NCBI GenBank assembly: GCA_040901675.1
Contig: JBBDYJ010000037.1
Coordinates: 771-64,770 of the forward strand
DNA length: 64,000 nucleotides
Reading direction: 5' to 3'
Source of the DNA: Pirellulales bacterium
GTDB taxonomy: Bacteria; Planctomycetota; Planctomycetia; Pirellulales; JAICIG01
Of the stretch, positions 53,401 through 60,962 are shown in pieces (the stretch's first letter is position 1; each line of letters begins with the position of its first letter). Both the position numbers and the translations under genes were made by a program. The notes under the pieces were generated by a model. That model had not been told where the DNA came from and ran no database searches. It was given only the letters and a program-made list of their open reading frames with translations.

Positions 53401-53697
53401 GAAGAGGTGGCATTCTGGCGCACCACGCTCGAACAGGGCGCCAGCCGCGACGCCGTCGCCCAGGGCTTTCTGGCGAGTGCCGAGTTCCGAGCCTTGTTGA
53501 TCCAAGAGTGGTATCGCGATTACTTGTATCGCGAGGCCGACGAGGCAGGGCTCGATCACTGGCTCGACGTGATGACAACCGGCCAGGCCCAGCGCCAGGT
53601 GCAGCTTGAGCTGTTGGCCAGCCAGGAGTACCAGAGCGAAGAGCGACTGGCCCGCGGACGCCTGCCGCGCGTGATCGGCCCCTTCGAACCGGACTAA
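41431..53697 (+). CDS. giant (4,088 aa) secreted/surface repeat protein (adhesin-like)
   Basis: Single uninterrupted ORF 45 nt after the kinase stop. Basic N-terminus with LEPRWLLA motif. Eight 91-aa tandem repeats. RTX-like GGxGxD runs (GGSGNDTIFGDAGNDTITGGGGNDLIDGG). About nine ELWxSDGTxxGT repeats. Two ~190-aa duplicated modules. Two Ig/cadherin-like modules. C-terminal DUF4214-like repeats (LYEDLLDR...). Confidence 0.9.
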   Translation: MARTKRSRTRTQRPRGPLPCTGNRCFGRLRGEWLEPRWLLALDTVYICETLQEAFTEFETHSGTLAGLVDPNASSNSPLANGLPLISDADWDTAVDLVSALASVDFPTLNCGGLSTADVKQELESHGFTVSFIISDAELAQVDAGDGTNLITVSKPHQFNNLLDPSGLDVAQDLGISSIPAGAISGALDGDVALALDLTVGATSSGAYFGPESNLALDVDVAGSLAANIPQLNVAAQGALDFVSAVSFSGSDTDADGKVTSAELSAGIGSLPLDLLGTAALDVDGELAQFDVQVQGDFQWALDNAGAQLNRTDFSLGNATFFSGQVAVSNVTGTYDGSLATIESGTVQLDPAVFGPNASASLSEPIVLDADSVQSGAALFSNFDLPQVGGFQATIDSALLSFSAQSDFELAEVAGHVLAHGVVIDFGGVIQSNGDFALAADVAGFDLGSVTVQLSGNISRTAGEIDFALTADLAGELIAGLVIEELSPGEPSHVNLTAAGGLVLDARAEAFGVNLLLAGDVDPTGDFSVDATADSFELGDLDVDLVGTLTRLAGVIDYSLAAEIAGTLVAGLVIEELSPGQPSLVTLTKDDGLELDARAEAFGVKLLLAGDIHPTGDFSVDATADSIELGALEVDLVGTLTRVAGVIDYSLAAEIAGTLVAGLVIEELSPGQPSLVTLTRDDGLELDARAEAFGVKLLLAGDIHPTGDFALDVTADSFELGDLDVDLVGTLTRIAGVIDYSLAAEIAGTLVAGLVIEELSPGQPSLVTLTREDGLELDARAEAFGVKLLLAGAIHPTGDFALDVTADSFELGDLDVDLVGTLTRIAGVIDYSLAAEIAGTLVAGLVIEELSPGQPSLVTLTKDDGLELDARAEAFGVKLLLSGDVHPTGDFSVDATADGFELGDLDVDLVGTLTRIAGVIDYSLAAQIAGTLVTGLDIVELAPGQPSLVTLTKDDGLELDARAEAFGVDLLLSGTINAAADFSIVATADGFSLGDLDVDLVGTLTRIAGVIDYSLAAEIAGTLVAGLEIIDLAPGQPSNVTLTKADGLNLDARADAFGVNFVLSGALDVSGDFSLAVTAEPFELGGLTIVLAGQITGVSGVLDYALEGDVSGELLPGLTIVELSPGVPSSVSLTKGDGLTLDGRAEAFGLDLNIDGQFHATGNFNLLVSTDPFDIPGAAGNVILAGSIFRNAAGLDWLLTAEVSGWEPAPFLNVPLLEVRLGVAGLEFDAVADIGDLEDVHLFGDYEFDSATFALAAAAPLEDPWEPVAEVELTGVLFTVTNRDANGLQTGVTACATADLALFGSGFTVAACVTPRGTWLVATPEGPSFEPVPGLSLDDLHLVVSTYDFGDFDLAFDLDTLGEVSRPSGGLTGRLRDISFGINLVATSFLPDGIPGIGGSEVQIGGVIGSSLPDMLIEALIVLDQPWVLADVIQIDLLGLRISGQPSLTIFGDGRILHDQIPGLDEDILVRAALSLTTTELNGSLSLLAPVHDVFGVEGLNIIEADVQVGISFVATPVPPPTVGFNFLVETPEIAQDLLSVPATLGASLKVSNIEPIFAMTVIDWVPYGNLGLTQFVVNEGTLVVAPNGGTIGTKTFDRGFSASFDIDIFGTNVAFLGVFDEDTQGIVMEGFVSAFEVAGIGITGEGPDGIFEDGVVSSPTDADADNAVVFRAALTAAAPQNNGLAFSGRIDLPGEDEAGNPAFIALSGEFDSLGVVIQGEIQNWAIVPSVILIDEATFTLAILLENPDQNLVAFTADLDLLGTHIVAAGSLSGQGLALAGSLEPGNQRFAGVRVEQFGFSFSTLPADEHLRVNFQVDLPGAGGLVSVVGGFEDQTLLLDANISNWQPIPTMVFAGSLHAEADLAASSLELDFDVTGNVLGTSTHFVGSIFADPSGLTLYATATVGLKFPGGLKVADLVATIDLGYTSPFFISLAADFRLPGTRPADVLLLGGIGTSGVTLAGSIDRWGLVPGLFFDGELEVEADFQATSVVVNIESETHLLGTRLSLDGQLMAGPGVFNLDLEGSVRFQGQRFGFVDLDLDVELATSGTASNRQYRLDFDGRLRALGGIIDVQAGATLIAQSDGGWLVTATVDFDPPQFSLDLGAVTMKLDFDASMSLQFGSDLDDLGLDLSGKLTASASISGLGSYSKTLASINVSLNLDTGIIKIPNAKIKIKKNSLGIPYGIEWVDLNLKMGEPEPPTTTVTAKLIPTSFKLPGEPAPSRLEIRGGAAPEFVRVLRQGGSIFPPFPPPSPTDTVLVQGADVEGQWVTLLTTTVGNLSSIDIDMRGGNDSIDIDPDLDLPATIRGGTGADVIRAGNGPNLIYGGRGPVEDDNQPGTGFGKGGLPGGIVFTGSQPDRGDLISGGSGNDTIFGDAGNDTITGGGGNDLIDGGQGVNIINGQLQIAGTARGDHIVVERDQRIVPVWASNISLDLPVGGLTGQSAGVSISAIGRPPAVWLPVNAIPLPDDVPGESVDDIVVLSKNRLGTAVTLFRTPVASLSSLLIAAGAGDDVVEVSQMLTLPVELRGGAGDDVLRGGAGPNILRGGDGDDVLIGSSADDSLFGEAGDDYLDGRGGNDLLDGGPGDNTIVGAAGPDPVAGENPPPVVEPIGSFTVNEGELLTFTVVAGDQSSGGDGDGDGIIAQNTFDASDEGWRIGEFFSNAGDGIPTFLASGGNPDGFIRATDSAGIVAFQAPALFLGDQSAAYAKTLHLEQRLLTSDGANYPMVLLSDGTLFLQFRTAPPGTDWTAYDIPLVASAGWEVSDLSDTADPDPAATEAQLQQVLGNLTLFNIWADWQTGSDQVDLDNVRLKSGDDGPLNVELVKDVVEGPLGSSPFMGAVVNGVLFFGVNHPDRQLWKTDGTAAGTVLINDGIEFGLPMRAIGGNLFFMADDGVHGTEPWTSDGTADGTQMVVDIRPGRTSNAFTRLAELNGKLIFSYDDGTSGVELWVSDGTEAGTTLVKDIQPGSASSQPDRFTNVDGRLFFTADDGVVGRELWVTDGTEAGTMLVRDLTPNAPGFTGSPLNLTEAGGKLFFSQFRTGNGDELWISDGTAAGTNQVKDIFPGSNSSSPNELVEVDGTLYFRARSALGPELWKSDGTFDGTVLVKDIIEGSEESFPSSLINVAGTLMFFADGPETGFELWKSDGSEAGTVFVKDINPGPDDSARLGDVSSMAVVGNILYFIGCDQSDSQGDPTNCELWRSDGTTEGTFLVHDFSPAVNDPDLGTSAGSPGNLFDFDGTLVFAAVDGVHGEELWKLTGQASPSEVVFSAADDFSATQNPAGPWSYGWSAVRGGDFNLYPTTQGTADVIPSWVDPAIISLGAPAVFHNETDLVQQPSTATLQPNQLAFHPGQSGENSIVRWTAPVSGSYRIEATFSGIDSTSTDVAVLVDMGGLELSEVFSGDINGFGDTESFTSIVTVLAGKIIDFTVGHGGNGFFNDSTGLDATITLVTAVTFSAAADFSATDNPAGAWSYGWSDPSGDGFTLFASSEVDEAGVVTWNDVNTFDSLFPALFFNSADAQNVVGTCGTAAIQPGQLALHPGSDQASVVRWTAPASGTYTVTATFTGIDFECPPTATVLVLHNTGASEPSELFSDSIDDDGDVAAFSGSVTVAAGETLDFLVNDGGDGRFGDTILLDVVIRGEASTPPPPPPGTGTVTFSLDPGAPEGAAIDPETGVFTWTPAAEHGPGAYIVTVRVTDEGTPPVSTTQTFLVTVVDPNEAPQIAPIDPVSVEQGATLAIDVLATDPDVPANRIAFSLDEGAPAEASIDPRTGRFTWRPLRSTEPGTYEVTVRATDDGEPALDATATFSITVTERALPPSRDPEAGSFVIDPDGVAVYTKADTFQHVDRLAYLDDDGDDGVNLVTAEFTSEPFRNVSSLYEDLLDRDASDGEVIDWTGRLDDATFRGVAGEFLASREYVQNVVQELFESLLDRPADPGGLDFWTGQLLGGTPADTVRALIVASEEYFAQHASAREDFVVGLYEDLLERTPGEEEVAFWRTTLEQGASRDAVAQGFLASAEFRALLIQEWYRDYLYREADEAGLDHWLDVMTTGQAQRQVQLELLASQEYQSEERLARGRLPRVIGPFEPD
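42820..45003 (+). repeat. eight in-phase 273-bp tandem repeats inside the giant gene
   Basis: The marker GTGATCGA recurs at 43093, 43366, 43639, 43912, 44185 and 44458, exactly 273 nt apart. Diverged end copies at 42820 and 44731. Central copies are nearly identical at the DNA level by eye. Confidence 0.9.
48290..49200 (+). repeat. RTX-like glycine/aspartate nonapeptide repeat blocks (putative Ca-binding) within the giant gene
   Basis: GGNDSIDID, GGTGADVIRAGNG, GGSGNDTIFGDAGNDTITGGGGNDLIDGG and GGAGDDVLRGGAGPNILRGGDGDDVLIG...GEAGDDYLDGRGGNDLLDGG. Confidence 0.75.
49993..51204 (+). repeat. ELWxxDGT repeat region within the giant gene
   Basis: QLWKTDGTAAGT, EPWTSDGTADGT, ELWVSDGTEAGT, ELWVTDGTEAGT, ELWISDGTAAGT, ELWKSDGTFDGT, ELWKSDGSEAGT, ELWRSDGTTEGT and ELWKLTG, at roughly 50-aa spacing. 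Confidence 0.8.
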
Positions 53698-53710
53698 CGA
53701 ACGATTTGAC

Positions 53711-53765
53711 GGCAAACGGAATGAATTCTATTCTACGTGGGCAAACGGAATAAATTCCGTTCTAC
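53711..53765. repeat. palindromic repeat family C, two copies, between convergent genes
   Basis: GGCAAACGGAATGAATTCTATTCTAC and GGCAAACGGAATAAATTCCGTTCTAC. These are the reverse complement of the 25023-25078 copies. Confidence 0.8.
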
Positions 53766-54499
53766 TACGCATAGTCCTGCGAGGTCGGCTTGATCACCAG
53801 CTCGGGCACGTGCGCCCGCGGAGGCAGGCAGGCCACCATCAGCACTGCGGCGGCCACGTCCTGGGGCTTGAGGATCCGGGCCCGGTGCTCCGCGCTGACC
53901 GGCTCCGGCCGCCGCTGGAGGATCGGCGTGTCGACCTCGCCGGGATAGATGTTGGTCACGCGGATGCCGTGCGCGTTCTCCTCGCGCGCCGCCGTGATGC
54001 CCAGGGCGGTCATGGCAAACTTCGAGGCGGTGTAGCCGACGCCGCCCAGCAGGCTCGATCGCTTGCCGGCGATCGACGAGATGTTCACGATCAGGCCGTC
54101 TTTGCGGGCCCGCATTTCAGGCAGCACCGCCCGCATGCAGTAGAAGGCGCCGCTGGCATTCACGTCGAGCATGTATTGCCAGTCCTCGATCGACAGCTCG
54201 GCCATGGTGCGCTTGACCACGTTCACGCCGGCGCTGTTGACGAGGATATCAAGCGGCCCCAGCTCGCGGCGGGCCCAGCTCACCAGGTTGTCGACGCTCT
54301 GGGGGTCCGCCACGTCGGCCGCGTGTACCAACAGCCTTGAGCCGCCACCGGACCCGGCAACCGCGGAGCGGAGTGCGTCTTCGCGGCGGCCGGCGATCGC
54401 CACGCGGCAGCCTTCGGACGCCAGGGCGAGCGCGATTCCCAGTCCGATGCCCGTTCCGCCCCCGGTCACCAGCGCGGTCTTGCCTTCGAGTTTCATCAA
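53765..54499 (-). CDS. short-chain dehydrogenase/reductase (SDR)
   Basis: TGGGTGIGLGIA cofactor motif, NSAG, and catalytic YTASK. 244 aa. Confidence 0.9.
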   Translation of the reverse strand: MMKLEGKTALVTGGGTGIGLGIALALASEGCRVAIAGRREDALRSAVAGSGGGSRLLVHAADVADPQSVDNLVSWARRELGPLDILVNSAGVNVVKRTMAELSIEDWQYMLDVNASGAFYCMRAVLPEMRARKDGLIVNISSIAGKRSSLLGGVGYTASKFAMTALGITAAREENAHGIRVTNIYPGEVDTPILQRRPEPVSAEHRARILKPQDVAAAVLMVACLPPRAHVPELVIKPTSQDYA

Positions 54500-54743
54500 T
54501 CTGGATCCTTGCCTGCTGGAAAGCTGATGGCCCGCTCACGTCGAGCCGGCATGCGCCGATCGGCCCGATCGGCCAGTGCCTTTGTACACCGCCGGTGATT
54601 GGGAACAAAGGCCCAGGGATGTGCCAAACGCCGCTAGCCGGCGTTGCCCCGCCATGGCGGGTTCGTTGACACCCTTTTGCCGCAGGGCTTAAAATCCCCT
54701 GCTCAACTCGAAATTCTTTGGAATGCAGCATTTGCGGAGGGGA

Positions 54744-56702
<1,959 letters not shown>

Positions 56703-56734
56703 CCACCCGCAAAGAGAAGAAACCTTGTTGCAGC

Positions 56735-57175
56735 TTAAGACCGCGAGGAAGGGGCGCGGTATGGACGTACCCCGATGCCGGCTGCTGCCTTCTTAAGCTT
56801 TGTGTCGAGCGTCGCCAGCGGCAGGCCTTGGCGAACGGCTAGTTCCAGGTACGCGGCATCGTAGGCGCTCAATTGCCGGTCTCTGGCAAAGAGCAATGTA
56901 TCGCTCCAGGCCCGTGCGTTCGTCTCGTCATCGACGGTGATCGGAAGTGATTTCAAGAAACTTGTCCAGGCCAACGTGTCCGCGGGTGTCGATCGCTTCC
57001 GTCGCTCACCCATGAGCAAAGCGTTTGCTATCTCCAAGGGCCAGATGGCGGGCACCAGCGCTTCGGCGTTCGGAAATCGCTTTGCAATCGCGGTGGCGTA
57101 CGAGTCGGCTTCGTCGGCAAAACACCATGCCAGGGCAACGGAGCCATCCAGTACGTATCTCTCCTTGGCCGTCAT
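56735..57175 (-). CDS. vapC: PIN-domain toxin (VapC-like)
   Basis: 146 aa. The N-terminal YVLDGSVALAW (acidic Asp) and SAYDAAYLELA segments are typical of the PIN fold. Lies 24 nt downstream of an antitoxin gene. Confidence 0.82.
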   Translation of the reverse strand: MTAKERYVLDGSVALAWCFADEADSYATAIAKRFPNAEALVPAIWPLEIANALLMGERRKRSTPADTLAWTSFLKSLPITVDDETNARAWSDTLLFARDRQLSAYDAAYLELAVRQGLPLATLDTKLKKAAAGIGVRPYRAPSSRS

Positions 57176-57199
57176 TCTCGGCTCCGACTGCTGGAACTG

Positions 57200-57448
57200 T
57201 TAATATCGGCGCCCCTCGTTAATCAGTTGCCGAAAAGTAATGCCGCCCAGGGTCCGCTTCTGTCGGTCCCGATACTCCAGCATCTCCTTCACAACCTGCT
57301 TGATGTCCTTCTGCTCATGGCCTGTAGCGGGCACGAGCATGGCAACCGGTTTGCCCCGCTTGGTGATGGTGATTCTTTCTCCCAGGGCCACCCGCTCGAG
57401 TAGTTGAGGCAGGTGGGTCTTGGCCTCGTACGAACCGACGGAAGTCAT
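57200..57448 (-). CDS. Phd/YefM-type antitoxin
   Basis: AGGAGG 6 nt before ATG 57448. MTSVGSYEAKTHLPQLLERVALGERITITKRGKPVAMLVP is the Phd/YefM N-terminal signature. The track ORF extension to 57523 is not supported. Confidence 0.8.
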   Translation of the reverse strand: MTSVGSYEAKTHLPQLLERVALGERITITKRGKPVAMLVPATGHEQKDIKQVVKEMLEYRDRQKRTLGGITFRQLINEGRRY

Positions 57449-57526
57449 CCGACGCCTCCTAAAAAGGACTGGTCTATCAACTAGTCTATCCCTCGCCGGG
57501 GATTTTGGCAAACCGTTCGACATGAT

Positions 57527-58804
57527 TTACTCGGCCAGCGTGTAGTATCCGAAACTCCCGCCGAGGCCGGCCACCGCTGCCGACCCGTTGGTGGTCGGCG
57601 TGTAGCCTCGGATAGCAAGCTCCAGCCGCCGGGCGGTGACCTGGCGGGCAATGTCCGGCTCCACCTCGACCAGGATGAACCGCCGTTGGCCGCCATCCGC
57701 GTGGTTCATCGCCAGCACCGCGTGCCCGGTCGTGCCGCTGCCGGCAAACGAATCGAGCACGATCGCCTCCGGATCGCGCACCATCGACAGCAAGTACTGG
57801 ATCAGCTTCAGCGGCTTGGGCTGCGGAAACGCCCCCCCTCCCAGCATCTCGCGCAACAGCACCGTCCCGTCCTTGTTGAAACCAACGTCCTTGGGGCTCA
57901 ACAGCGTATCCGGCGGCCGGCCCGCCTGTACCTGGCTTAAGTACCGTTTGGCCCGCGGCCGGCGGCCGTTAAAGGAAATCCCTCCGTCGGCCTCCATTCT
58001 CCTCAGCGTTTCGACCGCGTAGCGCGGATAAGTGCCCGGCGGCGCCGACCAGCACATGCCGTTGCCGAACACGTGCTGGTAGGGGCGATAGTAATTGCGG
58101 GCGTGCAGCGGATCGAGCTTGTACGCCCCCTTGCCATCCTGGTCGTCGTGTGGATACGCCGAGGTCTTGTCGGCCGGAACGCGCAGGTACCTGGCGCGCT
58201 CGGCCCCGAACCAGGCCTTGTTGCGGGCGAAAGCGACCACGTAGTCGGTGTTGGCATTGAAATCGCGGCTCGAATTCCGCACCGTGTGCATCGCCCGCCG
58301 CGTCAGCGTGGCTAGCCAGTTGGCCGCTCCGAACACCTCGTCCATCACCAGCCGCAGGTGGGCCGCCTCGGTGTCGTCCACGCTCACGAAGATCAACCCC
58401 TCCTCGGGGTGCAAAAGCTCCTTGAGCAACTCGAGGCGGGGATACATCATGCACAACCACTTGTCGTGCCGCGACATCTCGTCCGCCTTGCTTCCCGCCA
58501 GCTCGCGCAGCCAGACGCGCATCGGCGGGCTGTCGACCGCGTCGTTATAAATCCAGTCGCCGCGGCCCGTGTTGTAGGGAGGATCGATATAGACGCATTT
58601 CACCCTGCCTGCAAAGTGCGGCAACAGCGCCTTGAGCGCCAGCAGGTTGTCGGCCTGGACCAGCATGTTCTCGTCCAGGCCCTCGCCGGGCTGCGCTTGC
58701 GGATTGTCCACCGAATGGCGGTCGTCGCGCTTCAGTGATCGGCAGGCAACCTGGAGGTGATGGCTGCAAACAGCCTGCTTGCCAATCCAGTCGAGTACGG
58801 GCAT
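57527..58804 (-). CDS. site-specific DNA methyltransferase, beta-class N6A/N4C, type III Mod-like, no cognate nuclease in the window
   Basis: GGAGGG 10 nt before ATG 58804. Mod-like N-terminus MPVLDWIGK. Motif IV DPPYNT precedes motif I FAGSGTTGHAV (beta-class order). The track ORF extension to 59215 overlaps czcD and is Arg/Pro-rich. Confidence 0.82.
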   Translation of the reverse strand: MPVLDWIGKQAVCSHHLQVACRSLKRDDRHSVDNPQAQPGEGLDENMLVQADNLLALKALLPHFAGRVKCVYIDPPYNTGRGDWIYNDAVDSPPMRVWLRELAGSKADEMSRHDKWLCMMYPRLELLKELLHPEEGLIFVSVDDTEAAHLRLVMDEVFGAANWLATLTRRAMHTVRNSSRDFNANTDYVVAFARNKAWFGAERARYLRVPADKTSAYPHDDQDGKGAYKLDPLHARNYYRPYQHVFGNGMCWSAPPGTYPRYAVETLRRMEADGGISFNGRRPRAKRYLSQVQAGRPPDTLLSPKDVGFNKDGTVLLREMLGGGAFPQPKPLKLIQYLLSMVRDPEAIVLDSFAGSGTTGHAVLAMNHADGGQRRFILVEVEPDIARQVTARRLELAIRGYTPTTNGSAAVAGLGGSFGYYTLAE

Positions 58805-58998
58805 GGGCGATCTACCCTCCGTGTTTCGGCGGGGCGGTTCCTTCGCGTCCGCAAGTCTACCCAATGGCTGCCCGCCGTCCAGCACGCCAGGGCCGGCGGC
58901 ACGGGTCCATTTTTGCCCTCGTTTCCCGGCCCGGATCCACGTAATCTGGTGGCGACGCGGCCGCAAGCATTCCCGGCTGCCCCCCCGCCGCCACACCC

Positions 58999-59901
58999 AT
59001 GGCATCACACCACCACCATCACGCCGCCACGAACGCCAGCCGGTTGGCGTGGACCTTGGCCCTGGCCGCCGCCTACATGGTGGCCGAGATCGTGGGAGGC
59101 CTGTTGAGCAACTCCTTGGCCCTCTTGGCCGACGCGGGCCACATGTTCTCGGACGTGGCGGCCCTGAGCCTGAGCCTGTTCGCCATCTGGATCGCCCGCC
59201 GGCCGGCCACGGCACGCAGCACGTACGGATTCCATCGGGCCGAGATCCTGGCGGCCTTGGCCAATGGGGCCACGTTGGTGGCGGTCGCCGTGTTCATTTT
59301 CATCGAGGCCTACCAGCGTATCCGCCGGCCTCCCGAAGTCGAAGGCGCGCTGATGATGGGAGTTGCAGTCGGCGGGCTGGCGGTCAACCTGATCGGCCTG
59401 TGGATCCTCGGCGGCGGCAGGCACCAGAATCTGAACGTGCGTGGAGCGTGGCTGCACGTGCTCTCCGATGCCCTGGGAAGCTTGGGGACCATTGTCGCGG
59501 GGGTCCTGGTGTGGGCGTTTGAGATGAACTGGGCCGACCCGCTGGTCTCGGCCTTCATCGGGATTCTGATCATCTATTCCTCCTGGCGGCTTTTGGCCGA
59601 AGCGGTGGCCGTGCTGATGGAGAGCGCGCCGCACGGCATCGACGTCGACGAGGTCCGCTCCGAAATCGGCCGGGTGCCCGGAGTGCTGGGCGTGCACGAC
59701 CTGCATATCTGGACGATCACCAGCGGCCTGGATGCCCTTTCGGCCCACGTCGTGGCCGGCCAGGAGCCGCCGCCCGCGGTACTGCTCCGCTCGTTGTCGG
59801 CCATGCTGGCCGAACGGTTCGGCATCCACCACGTCACGATCCAGATCGAGCCGGAGGATTTCGACGAGCCCGGCGGCCCGGCCCATTGTGCCCTGCACTA
59901 G
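58999..59901 (+). CDS. czcD: cation diffusion facilitator (Zn/Co/Cd efflux)
   Basis: His-rich N-terminus MASHHHHHAA. CDF signature SNSLALLADAGHMFSDV, HVLSDALGS, and a C-terminal cytoplasmic domain (HDLHIWTITSG). Confidence 0.9.
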   Translation: MASHHHHHAATNASRLAWTLALAAAYMVAEIVGGLLSNSLALLADAGHMFSDVAALSLSLFAIWIARRPATARSTYGFHRAEILAALANGATLVAVAVFIFIEAYQRIRRPPEVEGALMMGVAVGGLAVNLIGLWILGGGRHQNLNVRGAWLHVLSDALGSLGTIVAGVLVWAFEMNWADPLVSAFIGILIIYSSWRLLAEAVAVLMESAPHGIDVDEVRSEIGRVPGVLGVHDLHIWTITSGLDALSAHVVAGQEPPPAVLLRSLSAMLAERFGIHHVTIQIEPEDFDEPGGPAHCALH

Positions 59902-59927
59902 CCGTAGCTGAATTCGCCAGGCTTCGG
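59902..59927. repeat. family-A palindromic repeat (inverse orientation), immediately after the czcD stop
   Basis: CCGTAGCTGAATTCGCCAGGCTTCGG is the reverse complement of the CCGAAxxCTGGCGAATTCAGCTACGG type. Confidence 0.7.
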
Positions 59928-60062
59928 GACGCGGTGCGGCTCCCCGGAATCCGGCGCGCGTCAGGTACCTCGCCGCGCACGCCGCGACCAGATACACTCT
60001 TTATAGAGACTCCAGCAAGGTTGCGGCGCTAGCGCACAAACCCAGTAGAAGGGGACTGAACA

Positions 60063-60962
60063 ATGAGTTTCGTGCTACTGTCGGGGGTGCTGATGGGTTT
60101 GATTCAAACAGGACAGGCGGCCGGAGACGACGCGTATCCTCGGGCCGAGCTGCTGGTCGAGCCGGCCGATTTGGCCAGGGCCGAGGTCGCCAAGCAGTTC
60201 GTCATCCTCGATGCGCGTCCGCGGCGGCAGTACGACGAGGGGCACGTGCCGGGTGCCGTCTTGGTCGACGCCTCCGCCTGGGCCAAGGCCTTCGGCGATG
60301 GCCAGGACAGTGAGGGTTGGAGCCGGCGGATCGGCGAAGCGGGCATCGACCGGCAATCGAAGGTGGTTGTCTACGATAACAGCTCGAACAAAGACGCTGC
60401 CCGGATCTGGTGGATTCTTGGCCATTGGGGTGCCGACGACGCGCGGCTCTTGAACGGCGGCTGGGCCGGCTGGCAATCGGGCAACCTGCCCGTCGAGACC
60501 GAGGCCTCCAGGCCCAAGCAGGCCGAGTTTCAGGCCCGGGCGCGGGCGAAGCGGCTGGCGACGAAGGACCTGCTGCTCGACTCGCTTTCGGGCGCTTCCG
60601 GCAAGCTGCAGGTGGTCGACGCACGCTCGGAGGGAGAGTTCTGCGGCACTGAAAAACTGAACAACAAGCGGGCCGGCGCGATACCCGGAGCGACGCACCT
60701 GGAATGGAGCGATCTGGTCGATCCGGAAACTCAGCGGTTCAAGGGCCCGGACCAGCTTCGCGAGCTGTTCGATTCGGCGGGCATCGATCTGGAGCAGCCG
60801 GCGGTGGCCCATTGCCAAAGCGGCGGCCGGGCCTCCGTGATGGCATTCGGTCTGGAGTTAATGGGCGCCCGCGACGTGCGCAACTACTACGCGAGCTGGT
60901 CGGAGTGGGGCAACGCGGATGATACGCCCATCGAGCCCGGCAAACCGGCGGACGAGAAATAG
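60063..60962 (+). CDS. secreted tandem-rhodanese sulfurtransferase (thiosulfate/3-mercaptopyruvate sulfurtransferase-like)
   Basis: Signal peptide. Two rhodanese-like halves (YDEGHVPGAV... and GAIPGATHLEW...). Active-site loop CQSGGRAS in the second half. Confidence 0.82.
   Translation: MSFVLLSGVLMGLIQTGQAAGDDAYPRAELLVEPADLARAEVAKQFVILDARPRRQYDEGHVPGAVLVDASAWAKAFGDGQDSEGWSRRIGEAGIDRQSKVVVYDNSSNKDAARIWWILGHWGADDARLLNGGWAGWQSGNLPVETEASRPKQAEFQARARAKRLATKDLLLDSLSGASGKLQVVDARSEGEFCGTEKLNNKRAGAIPGATHLEWSDLVDPETQRFKGPDQLRELFDSAGIDLEQPAVAHCQSGGRASVMAFGLELMGARDVRNYYASWSEWGNADDTPIEPGKPADEK

Noticed and set aside
56703-58998. Integrated mobile element (looked for integrase, transposase, tRNA target or direct repeats around the MTase/VapBC islet)
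   Set aside because: No recombinase gene, tRNA or flanking direct repeat could be identified by eye. The islet idea rests only on composition and gene content, so it is reported as a finding and not called a mobile element.
58805-59215. N-terminal 137-aa extension of the methyltransferase ORF
   Set aside because: Arg/Pro/Gly-rich, and it overlaps the czcD coding region on the other strand. The internal ATG 58804 has a GGAGGG SD and yields the canonical Mod-type N-terminus MPVLDWIGK.
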